Both the position numbers and the translations under genes were made by a program. A DNA stretch of 64,000 bases, from contig NC_043000.1 in the NCBI RefSeq assembly GCF_006345805.1, positions 4,712,001 to 4,776,000 of the forward strand, given 5' to 3'. Below the pieces are notes generated by a model. It was not told where the DNA came from. It made no database searches and saw nothing but the letters and a program-made list of their open reading frames with translations. Source of the DNA: Octopus sinensis (lineage: Eukaryota). This document shows, one piece after another, positions 1-12,689 of the stretch; positions within the stretch are counted from its first letter, which is position 1; each line of letters begins with the position of its first letter.

Positions 1-285
1 ACAGACACGTGTACCGTTAACGTAGTTCTCGGGGATATTTAGCGTGACACAGAGAGTGCCAAGGCCGGCCCTTTGAAATACAGGTACAACAGAAACAGGA
101 AGTAAGAATGAGAGAAAGTTGTGGTGAAAGAGTACAGCAGGGCTCGCCACCATCCCCTGCTGGAGCCTCGTGGAGCTTTAGGTGTTTTCGCTCAATAAAC
201 ATTCACAACGCCCGGTCTGGGAATCGAAACCGCAATCCTACGACCGCGAGTCCGCTGCCCTAACCACTGGGCCATTGCGCCTCCC
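1..285 (-). mobile_element. tRNA-derived SINE, family A (3' part cut by the window edge)
   Basis: Minus-strand head GGAGGCGCAATGGCCCAGTGGTTAGGGCAGCGG...GGTTTCGATTCC with A and B boxes; near-identical copies at 23215, 36108 and 43854. Confidence 0.9.
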
Positions 286-894
286 ACTCTCCTGACTACG
301 GCACTACTCATTCATTTGTTGCAGTTATGAAAACAGAAATGCAGATATTTCATCCCCTACTGCTCACTTCCCTTTTTCATGCATTCTCAGTATCAACCCC
401 TACCACCTAGTTTTTCACACAACATACTTTTCGCCTTCCCTTTCCCTGTAACCCACTCCTTTTTGCCAATGGCTGCCTTCCTCTCCCATTAACTATCTTC
501 ATTTCCCACCATTTCTGCTCCCTCAGACTCTGCCTTTGGTATTGTGCATCACTCAAGCACACCAGCCCCACACACTTCATATCATCTTTTACTATTCAGC
601 CCTACATCAACTTCCTCTACTTCCCTGCCAACTAGTATTCACGACTGGATGTACCCCCACCCATATTTACCACTCACAGCATTTCCTTATATCCCCATAT
701 CTACCCATCTGTTACTCACCTCTCTCACTTCCAAGAACATACCCATCCATATTCACCTTCATGCAATGTTAGGGTTCGCCCTGATACATCTTCACCACTA
801 CCCTCTTTCTTTTCCAGCTGGGTTAACCATGTATCTCCCCTACAGAGAGACACCTGTTCCCGTACCTCTATCGTATTTTAACCTCTTGACACCT

Positions 895-1127
895 ATTTCT
901 TTATTACCCACAAGGGGCTAAACATAGATGGGACAAACAAGGACAGACATAGGTATTAAGTCGATTCCATCGACCCCAGTGCGTAACTGGTACTTAATTT
1001 ATCGACCCCGAAAGGATGAAAGGTAAAGTCGACCTCAGTGGAATTTGATCTCACAGCGTAACGACAGATGAAATACGGCTACGCATTTCGCCCGGCATGC
1101 TAACGTATCTGCCAGCTCGCCGCCTTC
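895..1127 (-). mobile_element. tRNA-derived SINE, family C, with 17-bp TSD
   Basis: TTAACCTCTTGACACCT at both 878-894 and 1128-1144; body GCCTTTCATCCTTTCGGGGTCGATAAATTAAGTACCAG recurs more than 15 times in the window. Confidence 0.9.
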
Positions 1128-1214
1128 TTAACCTCTTGACACCTGGCATAAAGTCACTTCCCTTCGATACTATTCCTCTCTCAGTCCAAGGGATTTTCTC
1201 TAGCGAGTTATTTG

Positions 1215-1420
1215 GTAACCTCACTAGTGCTGGTGCCACATAAAAAGCAACCAGTACACTGTGTAAAGTGACTGATGTTAGGAAGGGTATCCAGTCGTAG
1301 AAACCATACCAAAGCAAATGTAGGAGTTTCATGCAGTTCCCTGAGTCGTCAGATTCTGTCAAACCATGCATCCCATATCAGCATGGAAAAGGGACGTCAA
1401 ATGATGATGATGATGATGAA
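1215..1420 (+). mobile_element. SINE family E (RTE-type 3' tail), old copy
   Basis: GTTAGGAAGGGTATCCAG...CAGCATGGAAAAGGGACGTCAAATGATGATG tail shared with other E copies. Confidence 0.75.
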
Positions 1421-2269
1421 GTTCATGAAGAACATTGCACACTTGTGACATTCTATCTGTGTATTCTCTCTCTCTCTTTCTCTCTCTCTGCATGCATATA
1501 TGCATAAGTTCATGTATGTATGATATTTTGTTTTTTGTCCATTTGGCATACACTTCATGAAGACATTTGCCCACCGTTTAAGGGTTAAAAGAGAGAAAGA
1601 TTAAAATTGCAATAAAATAATAAAAGAAATATTTATTCAGTAATTAGTGTTAGCATTGTACTTATCTTTCTACAAAGATTTCTTTCAGAGAATTTTCAAA
1701 AAAAAGGCTGGAATAGTCTTCACAAGTAAAGTTTTCAACAACTGTAATCTATATATCATCAAACAAATAAGTAAGAAAAGTCCAAATGTGTGAAAGCCCT
1801 CCCATCCCTATTTTCCTTTTTTTTCACATTAAATTCTAACATTCACACTCATAGAAAACAATGCTGATACTTCACTGACAGAAAAATCACCATCAATGCT
1901 ACTGATGATTTGTCAGTTGATTCAACATTTTAGGCAATATGACTCAGTAACTTGCCATAACGTAGAAGACCATACAGTCTGTTTGAAAATGAATCGTCAA
2001 TTTGAGAGAAACTGATGAACCAGGAATATTGATTTGCAGATGCTTTAATGCCATTTCATTGCATACTAAGAAACAATGTGTACCAACACCTATACAAAGT
2101 GCAATTGATACGGCAGTTATAAATGATAAATCATCAACAATGCTTAAATTCAGAAAAGGACCAAAGGTCATCCCAAGTCATAGGCTCACAAGACCACTTT
2201 CCCAGGTTTTATGGTGTAAATATTATTCTCTCGATAGGATGCCGGTCCATTGTAGAATTACTCATTTTC

Positions 2270-2495
2270 ACTATGTGTGTGTATTTGTGTCTGTGTTTGT
2301 TCCCCACCACCATCGCTTAGAAACCGATGTAGGTGTGTTTACATCTCTGTAACTTAGCAGTCTGGCAGAAGATATCAATAGAATAAGCACCAGGCTTACA
2401 AAGAATAAGTCGAGGGGTCAATTTCTTCAACTAAAAGGCAGTACTCTAGCATCACCACACTCAAATAATTGAAACAAGTAACAGAGTTAAAGAGT

Positions 2496-2538
<43 letters not shown>

Positions 2539-2790
2539 TTCGTACATGAAAACTGAAGAAGACTGTCATATATATGTGTATCTTTGTGTGTGTATGTGTG
2601 TCTGTCTGTGTTTGTACCTCCACTGTTACTTGACAACCGATGTTGCTGTCTTTATGTTCCCATAACTTAGCTGTTTGGCAAAAGACACTGATAAAATAAG
2701 TACTAGGCTTACAGAGAATAAATCCTGTGGTTGATTTGTTTGACAAACGGCACTGCTCCAACATGGCCACAGTCATATGACTGAAATACG
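2270..2790 (+). mobile_element. Two SINE family B 3' halves separated by (TG)n
   Basis: TGTCTGTGTTTGT...GAATAAGTAC...GACTGAAA motif present twice. Confidence 0.75.
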
Positions 2791-2874
2791 TAAAACAAAA
2801 AAAAAACTATGCTATTTTAATCCCTAGCAAGGCCATGTATCCCTGCTATAGTATATATATATATATATATATCA

Positions 2875-3833
2875 TCATCATCATCATCATCGTTTAACAT
2901 CCGCTTTTCATGCTAGCATGGGTTGGACGGTTCAACTGGGGTCTGGCAAGCTCAAAGGCTGCACCAGGCCAGTCAGATCTGGCAGTGTTTCTACAGCTGG
3001 ATGCCCTTCCTAACGCCAACCACTCCGAGAGTGTAGTGGGTGATTTTATGTGCCACCGACACAGGTGCCAGACGAGGCTGGCAGACGGCCACGCTCGGAT
3101 GGTGTTTTTATGTGCCACCGACACAGGTGCCAGATGAGGCTGGTGAACGGCCACGATCGGATGGTGTTTGTTATGTGCCCACAGCACGGAGGCCAGTCGA
3201 TGTGGTGCTGACTACCGCCACGTTCGGATGGTCTTCTTGTGTGCCACCGGCACTGGTACCACAAAGATACAAATTCCATTGATGTTCATCTATTTTGATT
3301 TGTTTTGATTTGATTTGATTTGATTATCACTTGCCTCAACAGGTCTTCACAAGTGTCATAAGAAGGAAGGTATGCACAGGTGGACTGACTACGTCCCAGG
3401 TAGGGGCCATGGGTTATGGCCTGACTAGTCTTGCCGGGTCTTCGGATGGTGTTTTTATGTGCCACCGACACAGGTGCCAGACGAGGCTGGCAGACGGTCA
3501 CGCTCGGATGGTGTTTTTATGTGCCACCGACACAGGTGCCAGATGAGGCTGGCGAACGGCCACGCTCGGATGGTGTTTGTTACGTGCCCTCAGCACGGAG
3601 GCCGGTTGATGCGGTACTGGCTACAGTCACGTTCGGATGGTTTTCTTATGTGCCACCGGCACTGGTACCACAAGGATACAAATTCCATTGATGTTCATCT
3701 ATTTTGATTTGGTTCGATTTGATTTGATTTGATTTGATTTGATTTGATTTTCACTTGCCTCAACAGGTCTTCGCAAGTGTCACAAGAAGGAAGGTATGCA
3801 CAGGTGGACTGACTACGTCCCAGGTAGGGGCCA
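2875..3833 (-). mobile_element. SINE family E with an internal tandem duplication of about 410 bp
   Basis: (CAT)n-CGTTTAACATCCGC tail; segment 3047-3408 repeated at 3457-3833, including 62-bp minisatellite units and (GATTT)n. Confidence 0.85.
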
Positions 3834-3989
3834 CATATATATATATATATGTGTATGTATATATCAAGGTAAATACACAACCAAAAGAGCTACTAGTAAT
3901 TCCATTGAACAAGTGTATTCATAAAATATACCATTTATCTTAAAGCAATCTCTCAGGTTCTGTTTATGCATTATCTAAAAAAAATTTTT

Positions 3990-4152
3990 TTACTTGCTTC
4001 AGTCATTTAACTGTGGCCATGCTGGAGCACCACCTTTAGTCGAGCAAATCGACCTCTTTTGCTGAACTGCTAGGTTATGGGGATGTAAACGCACCAGCAT
4101 CGGTTGTCAAGGGATACTGGAGGGACAAACACACAAGCATATATACACATAC

Positions 4153-4188
<36 letters not shown>

Positions 4189-4350
4189 GTGTTAGGCTTC
4201 TTTCAGTTTCCATCTACCAAATCCATTCACAACGGCTTTGGTCGGCCCGAAGCTATAGTAGAAGACACTTGCCCAAGGTGCTCTGCAGTGGGACTGAACC
4301 CGGAACCATGTGGTTCGTAAGCAAGCTACTTACCACACAGCCACTCCTAC
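3990..4350 (-). mobile_element. SINE family B
   Basis: Minus-strand head GGAGTGGCTGTGTGGTAAGTAGCTTG, internal (TA)/(TACA)n, tail GACTGAAGCAAGTAAA. Confidence 0.85.
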
Positions 4351-4544
4351 GTTATATATATTTAAAAAAAATAAGATTGCTGGACAGTATGAAAATAAGA
4401 AGAAAATGTGGGAAAAACGTGATAATGGTTTGTACAAAGAATGGAAGAAGAAGAAACAAATTCAAGAAGTGAGATCACCATCCTCCCTGGTTGCAGAAAG
4501 CTCATTGAATACAACTGATTGAGAACAAACTAACAGGAAGTATC

Positions 4545-5030
4545 ATCATCATCATCATCATCATCGTTTAACGTCCGTTTTCTGTGCTAGCATGGGTTGG
4601 ATGGTTCAACTGGGGTCTGGGGAGCCAGAAGGCTGCACCAGGCTCCAGTCTTATCTGGCAATGTTTCTACAGCTGGATGCCCTTCCTAACGCCAACCACT
4701 CCATGAGTGTAGGGGGTGCTTTTTATGTGCCACCTGCACAGGTGCCAGGCGAGGCTGGCAACGGCCACGGTCGGATTGGTGCATTTTACGTGCCACCGGC
4801 ACGGAAGCCAGTCGAGGCGGCGCTGGCATCAGCCATGAGTCGGATAGTGCTTTTTACGTACCACCAGTCCAGGGGTCCTGGCATCTGCCGGGTGCCAGTC
4901 ATAGGATTGGTTCAATTCGATTTCGATTTCAATTTCACTTGCCCCAACATGTCCTCGCAAGCAGAGGGGGTTGGCATGGGTGCCTGTCGTCGGATGAGGT
5001 TCTATATCGACTTCGCTTGCCAAGTATATA
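4545..5030 (-). mobile_element. SINE family E
   Basis: (CAT)n tail plus CTACAGCTGGATGCCCTTCCTAACGCCAACCAC core. Confidence 0.85.
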
Positions 5031-5285
5031 GCTTGAAATTATCTATCACTGACTAACTGGCATATCTACAATTATACAATCATAAGTATACATAGAATTA
5101 CTTGATAAAACTTGCATAGATTAAAGAATATGGAAAAACAAACTTTGTCCAGTGAAAATTCAAGATTGCTTACAATAGCAAACAAGAAAAAAAAAACAAA
5201 GAAAATGAATTGGAATTATAAGGATTGAGTGCTTTTTATCACAGTCGAGTTGATAAAATTAATCAAAGTTATGTACTGATATTAA

Positions 5286-5567
5286 TCATCATCATCATCA
5301 TCATCGTTTAACGTCCGCTTTCCATGCTAGCATGGGTTGGACGGTCCAACTGGGGTCTGGCAAGCCCGAAGGCTGCACCAGGCCAGTCAGATCTGGCAGT
5401 GTTTCTACAGCTGGATGCCCTTCCTAACGCCAACCACTCCGAGAGTGTAGTGGGTGATTTTATGTGCCACCGACACAGGTGCCAGACGAGGCTGGCAGAC
5501 GGTCACGTTTGGATGGTGTTTTCTTATGTGCCACCGACACAGGTGCCAGACGAGGCTGGCGAACGGC
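5286..5567 (-). mobile_element. SINE family E, 5'-truncated
   Basis: Same core and tail, about two minisatellite units. Confidence 0.85.
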
Positions 5568-5656
5568 TCTAATATAATTGGTTATTCCCTTCACTTATCT
5601 GAAACATCCATGAGTATCTGAAATATCTCATGAGTCAATGTGAGAGCTTCCCCATA

Positions 5657-6548
5657 TGTGGTGTGATCAATAAGTATCCGGACTGTTGCCATAATAGCGA
5701 AACTAAACCACATAAAGTGAAGCCACTTGGCACAGATTAACCTTGAACACTGTTGTGCATGTACACTAAGTTTAACATTGTAGCTCACTTTCGCTGTTTA
5801 CAGAGTGCTTGGAAGGAACGTGTGTGGCGTGTGATCATTGCATTGACCTTGACAGAGAAAATTAAGCAGAGACTCTGCATCAAATTTTGCCAAAAGCTTC
5901 GTGATATGTGCTCAGAAGCCTACACAAAGTTTCCAAAAAGTTTTCATCATTCTCGACACAATTCAGGAGATCTTGTGCAACTGAAACCCAAGTGTCTTTT
6001 TGGTCAGCTGAAAGCAGTTTTGGCATAAATTTGGCAGACACGCATCTCGTATCCAAATCTTCAGTGATAATGGATGGAACTGAAATGTAACTAATCAGCA
6101 CATCCTCTGATATCTCACAGATGGGGATTCAACGATTTCCCCTCACAGCTGCATGCACATTTGCAATGTCTTTCTCAGTTCTGCTGGTTGCAGGTCTCCC
6201 AGAACGTTTGTCAATATCGACTTTTTCTCGGCCACCTTGGAATGTCTGAACCTCTTGTAAACTTGTGTGTGATTCATACACCTCTCTCCATACATTTTCT
6301 GTAACTTTGTGAAGGCCTCTGAGCAGGTATCACCATGACAACTTCTTCTGTCATGGTCAATGCGACAATCACTCGCTACACACGTTAATTCCAAGCACTG
6401 CTGTAAACAGCAGAAGTGAGCTAGAACGTTAAAACTTAGTGTACATGCACAGCAGAGGTGAAGGTCAATCTATGCCAAGCAGCTTTACTCTGCGTACTTT
6501 AGCTTCATTACTATGGCAATAGTCCGGATACTTATTGATCAGACCACA
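5657..6548. mobile_element. Non-autonomous mariner built from two inward-facing 5' ends
   Basis: TA-flanked TIRs TGTGGTGTGATCAATAAGTATCCGGACT / AGTCCGGATACTTATTGATCAGACCACA; N-terminal mariner transposase remnants on both strands (QRLCIKFCQKL on +; CVSAKFMPKLLSADQK on -). Confidence 0.85.
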
Positions 6549-6742
6549 TAGAATAGTAGCCAAATCAGGAAATCTAGAACAGCAATGAGATTAACACTTA
6601 AATCCCAAAACTATCATCAAAAAGTGTCAAATCTAACATCAATACAACTATTCATAAACACACCCACACTTACTCTTACACTCAAACATATAATACCAAT
6701 ATATATAATATATACAACATATAATATATATATACATATATT

Positions 6743-6903
6743 AGGCACAAGAGTGGCTGTGTGGTAAGAAGCTTGCTTCCCAACCACATGGTTCCAAGTT
6801 CAGTCCTACTGTGTAGTACCTTGGGCAAGTGTCTTCTACTTTAGCCTCGGGCCAACCAAAGCCTTGTGAGTGGATTTGGTAGATAGAAACTGAAAGAAGC
6901 CCT
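6743..6903 (+). mobile_element. SINE family B 5' half
   Basis: GGCACAAGAGTGGCTGTGTGGTAAG...CTTGGGCAAGTGTCTTC. Confidence 0.8.
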
Positions 6904-6983
6904 TTGTGTATATGTGGCCTCGTCTGTATCACTATCGATTTTTTTCCCCTGTCTTCCCTTCTCGGGATCTTTCCTTCTTCTAT

Positions 6984-7016
6984 TTTCCGACGAAGAGCTC
7001 CGCTCGAAACGTCAAA
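6984..7016 (+). ncRNA. Degenerate minimal hammerhead-like motif with no loop III, in a Penelope-type terminal repeat
   Basis: UUU-CCGACGA-A-GAGC-UCC-GCUC-GAAAC-GUC-AAA; U4 replaced by C; homologue at 16104-16136. Confidence 0.5.
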
Positions 7017-7135
7017 CCCTCCTTCTTCCCTTCTTTCCTGGGCGTCCAATAATACTTTATTTGTTCCACGTCCTTGCGTTGTTGTTTTTTTGTTTTTGTT
7101 TTCTTGTTTGGATTAACTTTATATATACATATATA

Positions 7136-7550
7136 CTCTTTACCCTTTACTCTTTTACTTATTTCAGTCATTTGACTGCGGCCATGCTGGAGCACCGCCT
7201 TTAGTTGAGCAAATCGACCCCAGGACTTATTCTTTGTAAGCCTAGTACTTATTCTATCGGTCTCTTTTGCCGAACCGCTAAGTTACGGGGACGTAAACAC
7301 ACCAGCATTGGTTGTCAATGTTGGTGTGACAAACACAGACACACAAACATATAGACACGCATACATACATATATATATACATATATACGACGGGCTTCTT
7401 TCAGTTTCCATCTACCAAATCCACTCACAAGGCTTTGGTTGGCCCGAGGCTATAGGAGAAGACACTTGCCCAAGGTGCCACGCGGTGGGACTGAACTCGG
7501 TACCATGTAGCTGGTAAGCAAGCTACTTACCACACAGCCACTCCTGCACC
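7136..7550 (-). mobile_element. SINE family B, full length
   Basis: Head, internal microsatellite and (GTAAAAGA)n-type tail all present. Confidence 0.9.
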
Positions 7551-7589
7551 TATATATATATATATAATATATATATATATATACACATA

Positions 7590-7790
7590 GGTTGAAGTAC
7601 TGAAGGATGACCTCAGGCTGCTGAACTCTTTCTGATGAGATGACAAAGGACTGAGATGCCTGGCACTTTACTGTGCTCAAGAAGACCAATCCTCCACTGC
7701 AGAAGTGTTAAGGCCCGCATCCCCTGTGAAGAGGATTGGCCTGTAAGAATCCTGTGCCAGTGTCACATAAAAAGCACTCAAGCCATAATA
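7590..7790 (+). mobile_element. RTE LINE 3' end remnant
   Basis: KDDLRLLN...MTKD*DAWHFTVLKKT resembles the RTE ORF C-terminus, followed by 3' UTR. Confidence 0.55.
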
Positions 7791-7890
7791 AATAAATAAA
7801 TAAATTCTGAAGATGTTTAATTCTCCATTATGATATTATGATGCCTTGATTATATATATAAATATATATAATATGTATAATATATATAAT

Positions 7891-8297
7891 AGGCGCAGGA
7901 GTGGCTGTTTAGAAAGTAGCTTGTTTACCAACCACATGGTTCCGGGTTCAGTCCCACCGTGTGGCACCTTGGACAAGTGTCTTCTACTATAGCTTTGGGC
8001 CGACCAAAGCCTTGTGAGTGGATTTGGTAGACGGAAACTGAAAGAAGCCCGTCGTATATATGTATATATATATATGCGTGTGTGTGTTTGTGTGTCTGTG
8101 TTTGTCCCCTTAGCATTGCTTGACAACCGATGCTGGTGTGTTTATGTCCCCGTTACTTAGCGGTTCGGCAAAAGAGGCCGATAGAATAAGTACTGGGCTT
8201 ACAAAAGAATAAGTGCCGGGGTCAAGTTGCTCGACTAAAGGCGGTGCTCCAGCATGGCCGCAGTCAAATGACTGAAACAAGTAAAAGAGTAAAAGAG
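7891..8297 (+). mobile_element. SINE family B, full length
   Basis: GGCGCAGGAGTGGCTG head through GTAAAAGAGTAAAAGAG tail. Confidence 0.9.
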
Positions 8298-8796
8298 TAT
8301 GTATATATGTATGTATGTATGTATATTATGCATGCATGTATGTATGTATGAAACCGCCCCACCCATGCCAGCATGGAAGGAAAACGCTAAGCAATGATGA
8401 TGATGATATATATACATGTGTGTGTGTGTGTGTGTGTGTATGTGTACATACACACAAGTATGTATGTATACATCTGTGTATGAGTGCAAACATGCACAAA
8501 AAGAAACATATATATGCCGATACATACAAAATGCATTCGTCTGTCAAATACAGACAATAATGAAAATAGATGAAAGGGGAAAAAAAAATCCCGCCTTACA
8601 TTAAATCAACTACGTTTAATTGTTGTGAATGAATCAGATGACTAAGCTTAATGAAAGCAAAATAATTAGGGTAAACCTATGCCAGAAAGGAGTCTTGTGA
8701 CAAGCTGAACTCTACAGCTTGTTGTTAAGGAAGGGAAGGCCTTAACTGTTGTATAGAGAAGACAGTGTCAGGTTGACTGTTTAGTTAATAAGTGGG

Positions 8797-8910
8797 ATGT
8801 GTGTGTATGTGGGGTGGTGTACATGTGTGTGTGTGTGTGTATGTGGGGTGGTGTACATGTGTGTGTGTGTGTGTATGTGGGGTGGTGTACATGTGTGTGT
8901 GTGTGTGCAT
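8797..8910. repeat. (GT)n-based minisatellite with GTATGTGGGGTGGTGTACAT three times
   Basis: Direct inspection. Confidence 0.85.
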
Positions 8911-9019
8911 ATGGTATTTGTATTGATGGGATGTATTCTTGTATGTTTAAATTTCCAAAGTAAGAAGGTTAAAGGCTGTACTTTAATTTTGACTTGTCTT
9001 AGGTTTTCTAATACATGGC

Positions 9020-9180
9020 TGTCATCATCATCATCATCATCATCATCATCGTTTAACGTCCGCTTTCCATGCTAGCATGGGTTGGACGATTTGACTGACG
9101 GCTGGTGAACCAGACGGCTGCACCAGGCTCCAATCTTGATCTGGCAGAGTTTCTACAGCTGGATGCCCTTCCTAACACCA
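9020..9180 (-). mobile_element. SINE family E 3' fragment
   Basis: (CAT)n tail plus core. Confidence 0.8.
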
Positions 9181-9279
9181 ATATGGTACACGGATATATA
9201 TTTCAGTTATATATGTTTGAGTGTATATATGTGAGAGTGTATGTATGTGTACATGAATGTATGTATGTGTTCATGTATG

Positions 9280-9313
<34 letters not shown>

Positions 9314-9397
9314 TGTATGTATGTATGTATGTATGCATGCATGTATGTATGTATGTATGCATGCATGTATGCATGTATGCATATATGTATGTATCTA

Positions 9398-10310
9398 AGA
9401 GGCCAGGATAATGCATGCAAGACTCAAGAGAGATTTAAAGAAGAATGTTGTGATTGAGAAGGTGAATCACAATGACCTTTTTGTGAGAATTGTTTGTGAC
9501 CGACCATGCCATTCTTTTGCTGGGCTCAGATCTCATTTGTAGACCCATGGAAAATGAACCTCCAACTATTCTGCCTATATGTCTGTGCACACCTCTCAAT
9601 GCAATGTATGCCAGAAGGTTTGCAAATGTTACGGAGGCTTCAAAAGACATTTCAAGATCCTCAAAAATCAGAACTTAACTGCAGCTCTTGGTGGTCCAAA
9701 TCAGATATGCAATCTATGTGGGTGTGAATGATTTTGAGAAACCAAATGAGATGGTGTGGCTATACTGTTCGAATGGTGGATGAACGTACACCCAAACAGC
9801 TGTTTTATGGTGAGCTTGCAGAGAGGAAACGCTATTGGTATAAACCTAAAAAAAGGTTTAAGGACGTCATAAGGACTATTATGAAGCTACTTGGAATGAA
9901 TCCTGAGGACATAGAAATCCTTGCTTCGGATCAAGCGGGATGGCAAACAAGAGTGTGGAATGGAGTAAAAGCGTTTGAAGAAGCCAGGATAACGCATGCA
10001 AGACTCAAGAGAGATTTAAGGAGGAATGTTATGATCAAGAAGGTGAATCACAATGACCTTTTGTAAGTACTGTTTGTGACAGACCATGCCTTTCTTTTGC
10101 TGGACTGTAATCTCATTTGTGGACCCATGCAAAACGAACTTCTACCAACTATTCTACCTATATGTCTGTGCACACCTTTCAATAACGTTTGCAAATCTAA
10201 TGGAAGCCTCAAAAGACATTTTAAGATTGACGAAATCAGAACTTGACTGCAGCTCTTGGTGGTCCAAATGGGATATGCAATCTATATGGGTGTCTTTTCA
10301 AAACATTGTC
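9398..10310 (+). mobile_element. RTE-clade LINE C-terminal fragment with zinc-finger-like tail, partly duplicated
   Basis: ORF 9728-10066 MRWCGYTVRMVDERTPKQLFYGEL...KPKKRFKD is a typical RTE C-terminus; 9404-9727 is repeated at 9984-10295. Confidence 0.85.
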
Positions 10311-10324
10311 TGATTTAAAAAGCC

Positions 10325-11112
10325 ACATCAGATGCCACGATGGTTCTAAGGTGTAGGTACAGGAGGTTTCTCTCAGGGCACTTACACTCTGTTATGTATG
10401 CACACTGACATGTCATATCCAGTGGAGCATACTCACTTCAATCCTTGCAAGCTTACGCATATCCTCAGCAGTCACGGCCCATGTTTCTCTGCCATGTAGC
10501 ATGGCTGTTCGCACACATGCGTCATACATTCTATCTTTTACTCTGAACAAGAGGCCCTTTGTCACCAGCAGAGGTAAAAGCCCTCTGAACTTTGCCCAGG
10601 CTATTCTTATTCTAGCAGTTACACTATCAGAGCATCTCCACCCTGAAACTGACTTAGTCCTCTAGGTTACAGAAGCTATCATCTACTTCTAGTTTTTCTC
10701 CCTGGAATGTGACAGAAGCTATTCTCTGCATATTTTCAGTGTTTATTGCTCCTGAGCATTTACCACATACAAAAACTATCTTCCCAGTTAGCCGCCCTTT
10801 GATATTGCTGCTTCCTTATGTGTCCATAGCTTACACTGGGTACATCTCATGGAGTTTCTATCTACGCCTTTTCTACAGATTGAGCAGGGCCATCCACCTG
10901 AATGGATTTGTGGTTTATCTGCCTTCCTACTTATTAAGACTAGTTTTGCTAGGTTAACTCTAAGGCCCTTCGATTCTAATCCTTGCTTCCACACCTGAAA
11001 CTTTTCCTCTAGGTCTGATAGTGACTCAGCAATTAGAGCAAGGTCATCAGCATAGAGGAGCTCCCAGGGGCATCCTGTCTTGAATTCCTCTGTTATTGCC
11101 TGGAGGACTATG
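10325..11112 (-). mobile_element. RTE (BovB-like) LINE reverse transcriptase fragment, decayed
   Basis: ITEEFKTGCPWELLYADDLALIAES (YADD motif); downstream RIAWAKFRGLLPLLVTKG...DACVRTAMLHG. Confidence 0.92.
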
Positions 11113-11412
11113 ATGCATACATGCATGCATAAATAACAGACATGTGACCTTGTATGCATAAATGTATCAGTCCTGGAATGCACAAGTGTCCCAGAATGCT
11201 GTGAGCCAATGAGATGAGTATGATGAATATACTGTTGCCATAAAAGGAGACATTGTTCTAACATATACACTACAACATATTTAGTGTCTGAAGCTGCATA
11301 GATGTCTTAAGTATAAATATACAAATATTCATTTGAGATCTTTCTGTAGACAATGTGAATAATGATATTTTATCAGTTGGCAGATATAAGCACCAACCAG
11401 CAGACAATTTTT

Positions 11413-11830
11413 GGATCTTTTCGGTTTGAACAGCAGTTTTTAACATAATTTCTAGGTAACTAAAAGATTTTAAACTTCATATACTGGTAGAATGTGTTTA
11501 TAAAACATCTTTTTCTCTTGGCTTTATTGAGAAAATTCTATAGTTTGTAAGATATTTGTTGTTGCTTTTTCTTCAATTTCTGCAATTTCAACCAATCAGT
11601 GATGTCTATTGAGTTAAAAAGCATTCTGTGCTGTATGAATATGTCCCTCGTTTAAGAAACAGATTGGGTTTATTTACATTTCTGAAGAAAAAAAGATACC
11701 CTTCCCCCCACCCCTAACCCTAACCCTAAAACAGATTGAAATGCAATAGATCGATACTAGGGTCATAATTATGGGTGACAATTTCATATGACACTGCTAG
11801 AAAAAACTGCCGTTCAAACCGAAAAGATCC
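11413..11830. mobile_element. MITE with about 29-bp TIRs and a probable 8-bp TSD
   Basis: GGATCTTTTCGGTTTGAACAGCAGTTTTT / AAAAACTGCCGTTCAAACCGAAAAGATCC; flanks CAATTTTT and CAATTTTC. Confidence 0.85.
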
Positions 11831-11974
11831 CAATTTTCTAAACTGAAAGCATAAAAAAAGGCCATTGACTTTGGTCAAAGTTCTGGCTACTACTGGCTCA
11901 TAAGACATAACATGTCGAAACACTGGTACTCCAGAATGATGTGTGTCAATGAGACGAATATGCTCAACACATTT

Positions 11975-12627
11975 TGATTGCAAAAGTAAGAAGTTATGCA
12001 ACCTGTGGTCATGTACCGAGAGTAATAAAAATCAAACACCCAGTCAGCATCATGGTGTTTGGAGTGATCACGAGTGATGGCGACATTATGCCTCCATTCA
12101 TTTTCCCACATGGCCTCACACTCATCATGGAGGCCTACAACAAGTGCTAGGAGGAGGTAATGCTACCCTGGGTTAAGAGGATGACTGCCTGAAGACCCTA
12201 TGACTGGCAACAGGACTCTGCACCATGCCACACAAGCAGGAGGACCCAGTCATGGCTGTCAGACAGTTTCTCTGACCCCATCACCTTTAACATCCCCAGA
12301 CTGCAACCCCCTTGATTATTATGTGTGGGGTCCAGTTAAGTGAGAGACTTAACAAAACTCCTTGTAACACCAAAGATGAATTGAAGGCAAGGATTATGGC
12401 AGCATTCACCAACTTAAACAAGGAGACTGTCCAGAAGAGCTGCAGGAGATTCTAAAGTCGTCTGGAAACCATGGTTGAAGCCAATGGTGATTTTATTGAA
12501 TAAACTTACTCTTTAGTATCTCAAGATATTTTTATGTAATTTTGGTAAAAAATATCTGTTAAAATGAAATGTCAGTGTTATTTTCATTTTTGCATTACTT
12601 AGATGACAATTTAGTCACCGCACCCTG
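11975..12627 (+). mobile_element. Tc1/mariner (maT-like) transposase C-terminal pseudogene with 3' TIR
   Basis: HPVSIMVFGVITSDGDIMPPFIFPHG...WQQDSAPCHTS...PDCNPLDYYVWG...VEANGDFIE* with stops and frameshifts; ends in CACCCTG (CAGGGTG-type TIR). Confidence 0.88.
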
Positions 12628-12632
12628 AATAC

Positions 12633-12664
<32 letters not shown>

Positions 12665-12689
12665 GTGATATCGAAGTCGCTCAAAAATC

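Noticed and set aside
1850-2260. Coding-looking unique stretch (ORFs 1944- and 2002+)
   Set aside because: No motif recognised and the frames are interrupted; cannot be supported without a search
2894-5572. Recurrent ORFs such as MLAWVGRFNW..., MFIERKHL... and MSSNA...
   Set aside because: Chance frames in high-copy SINEs; the same peptides recur wherever the SINE occurs
7628-7660. CTGATGA motif (similar isolated hits near 2012, 2572 and 60915)
   Set aside because: No downstream stem II-GAAA-NUH arrangement
11709-11730. Interstitial telomere
   Set aside because: Only about 3 units, internal to a MITE
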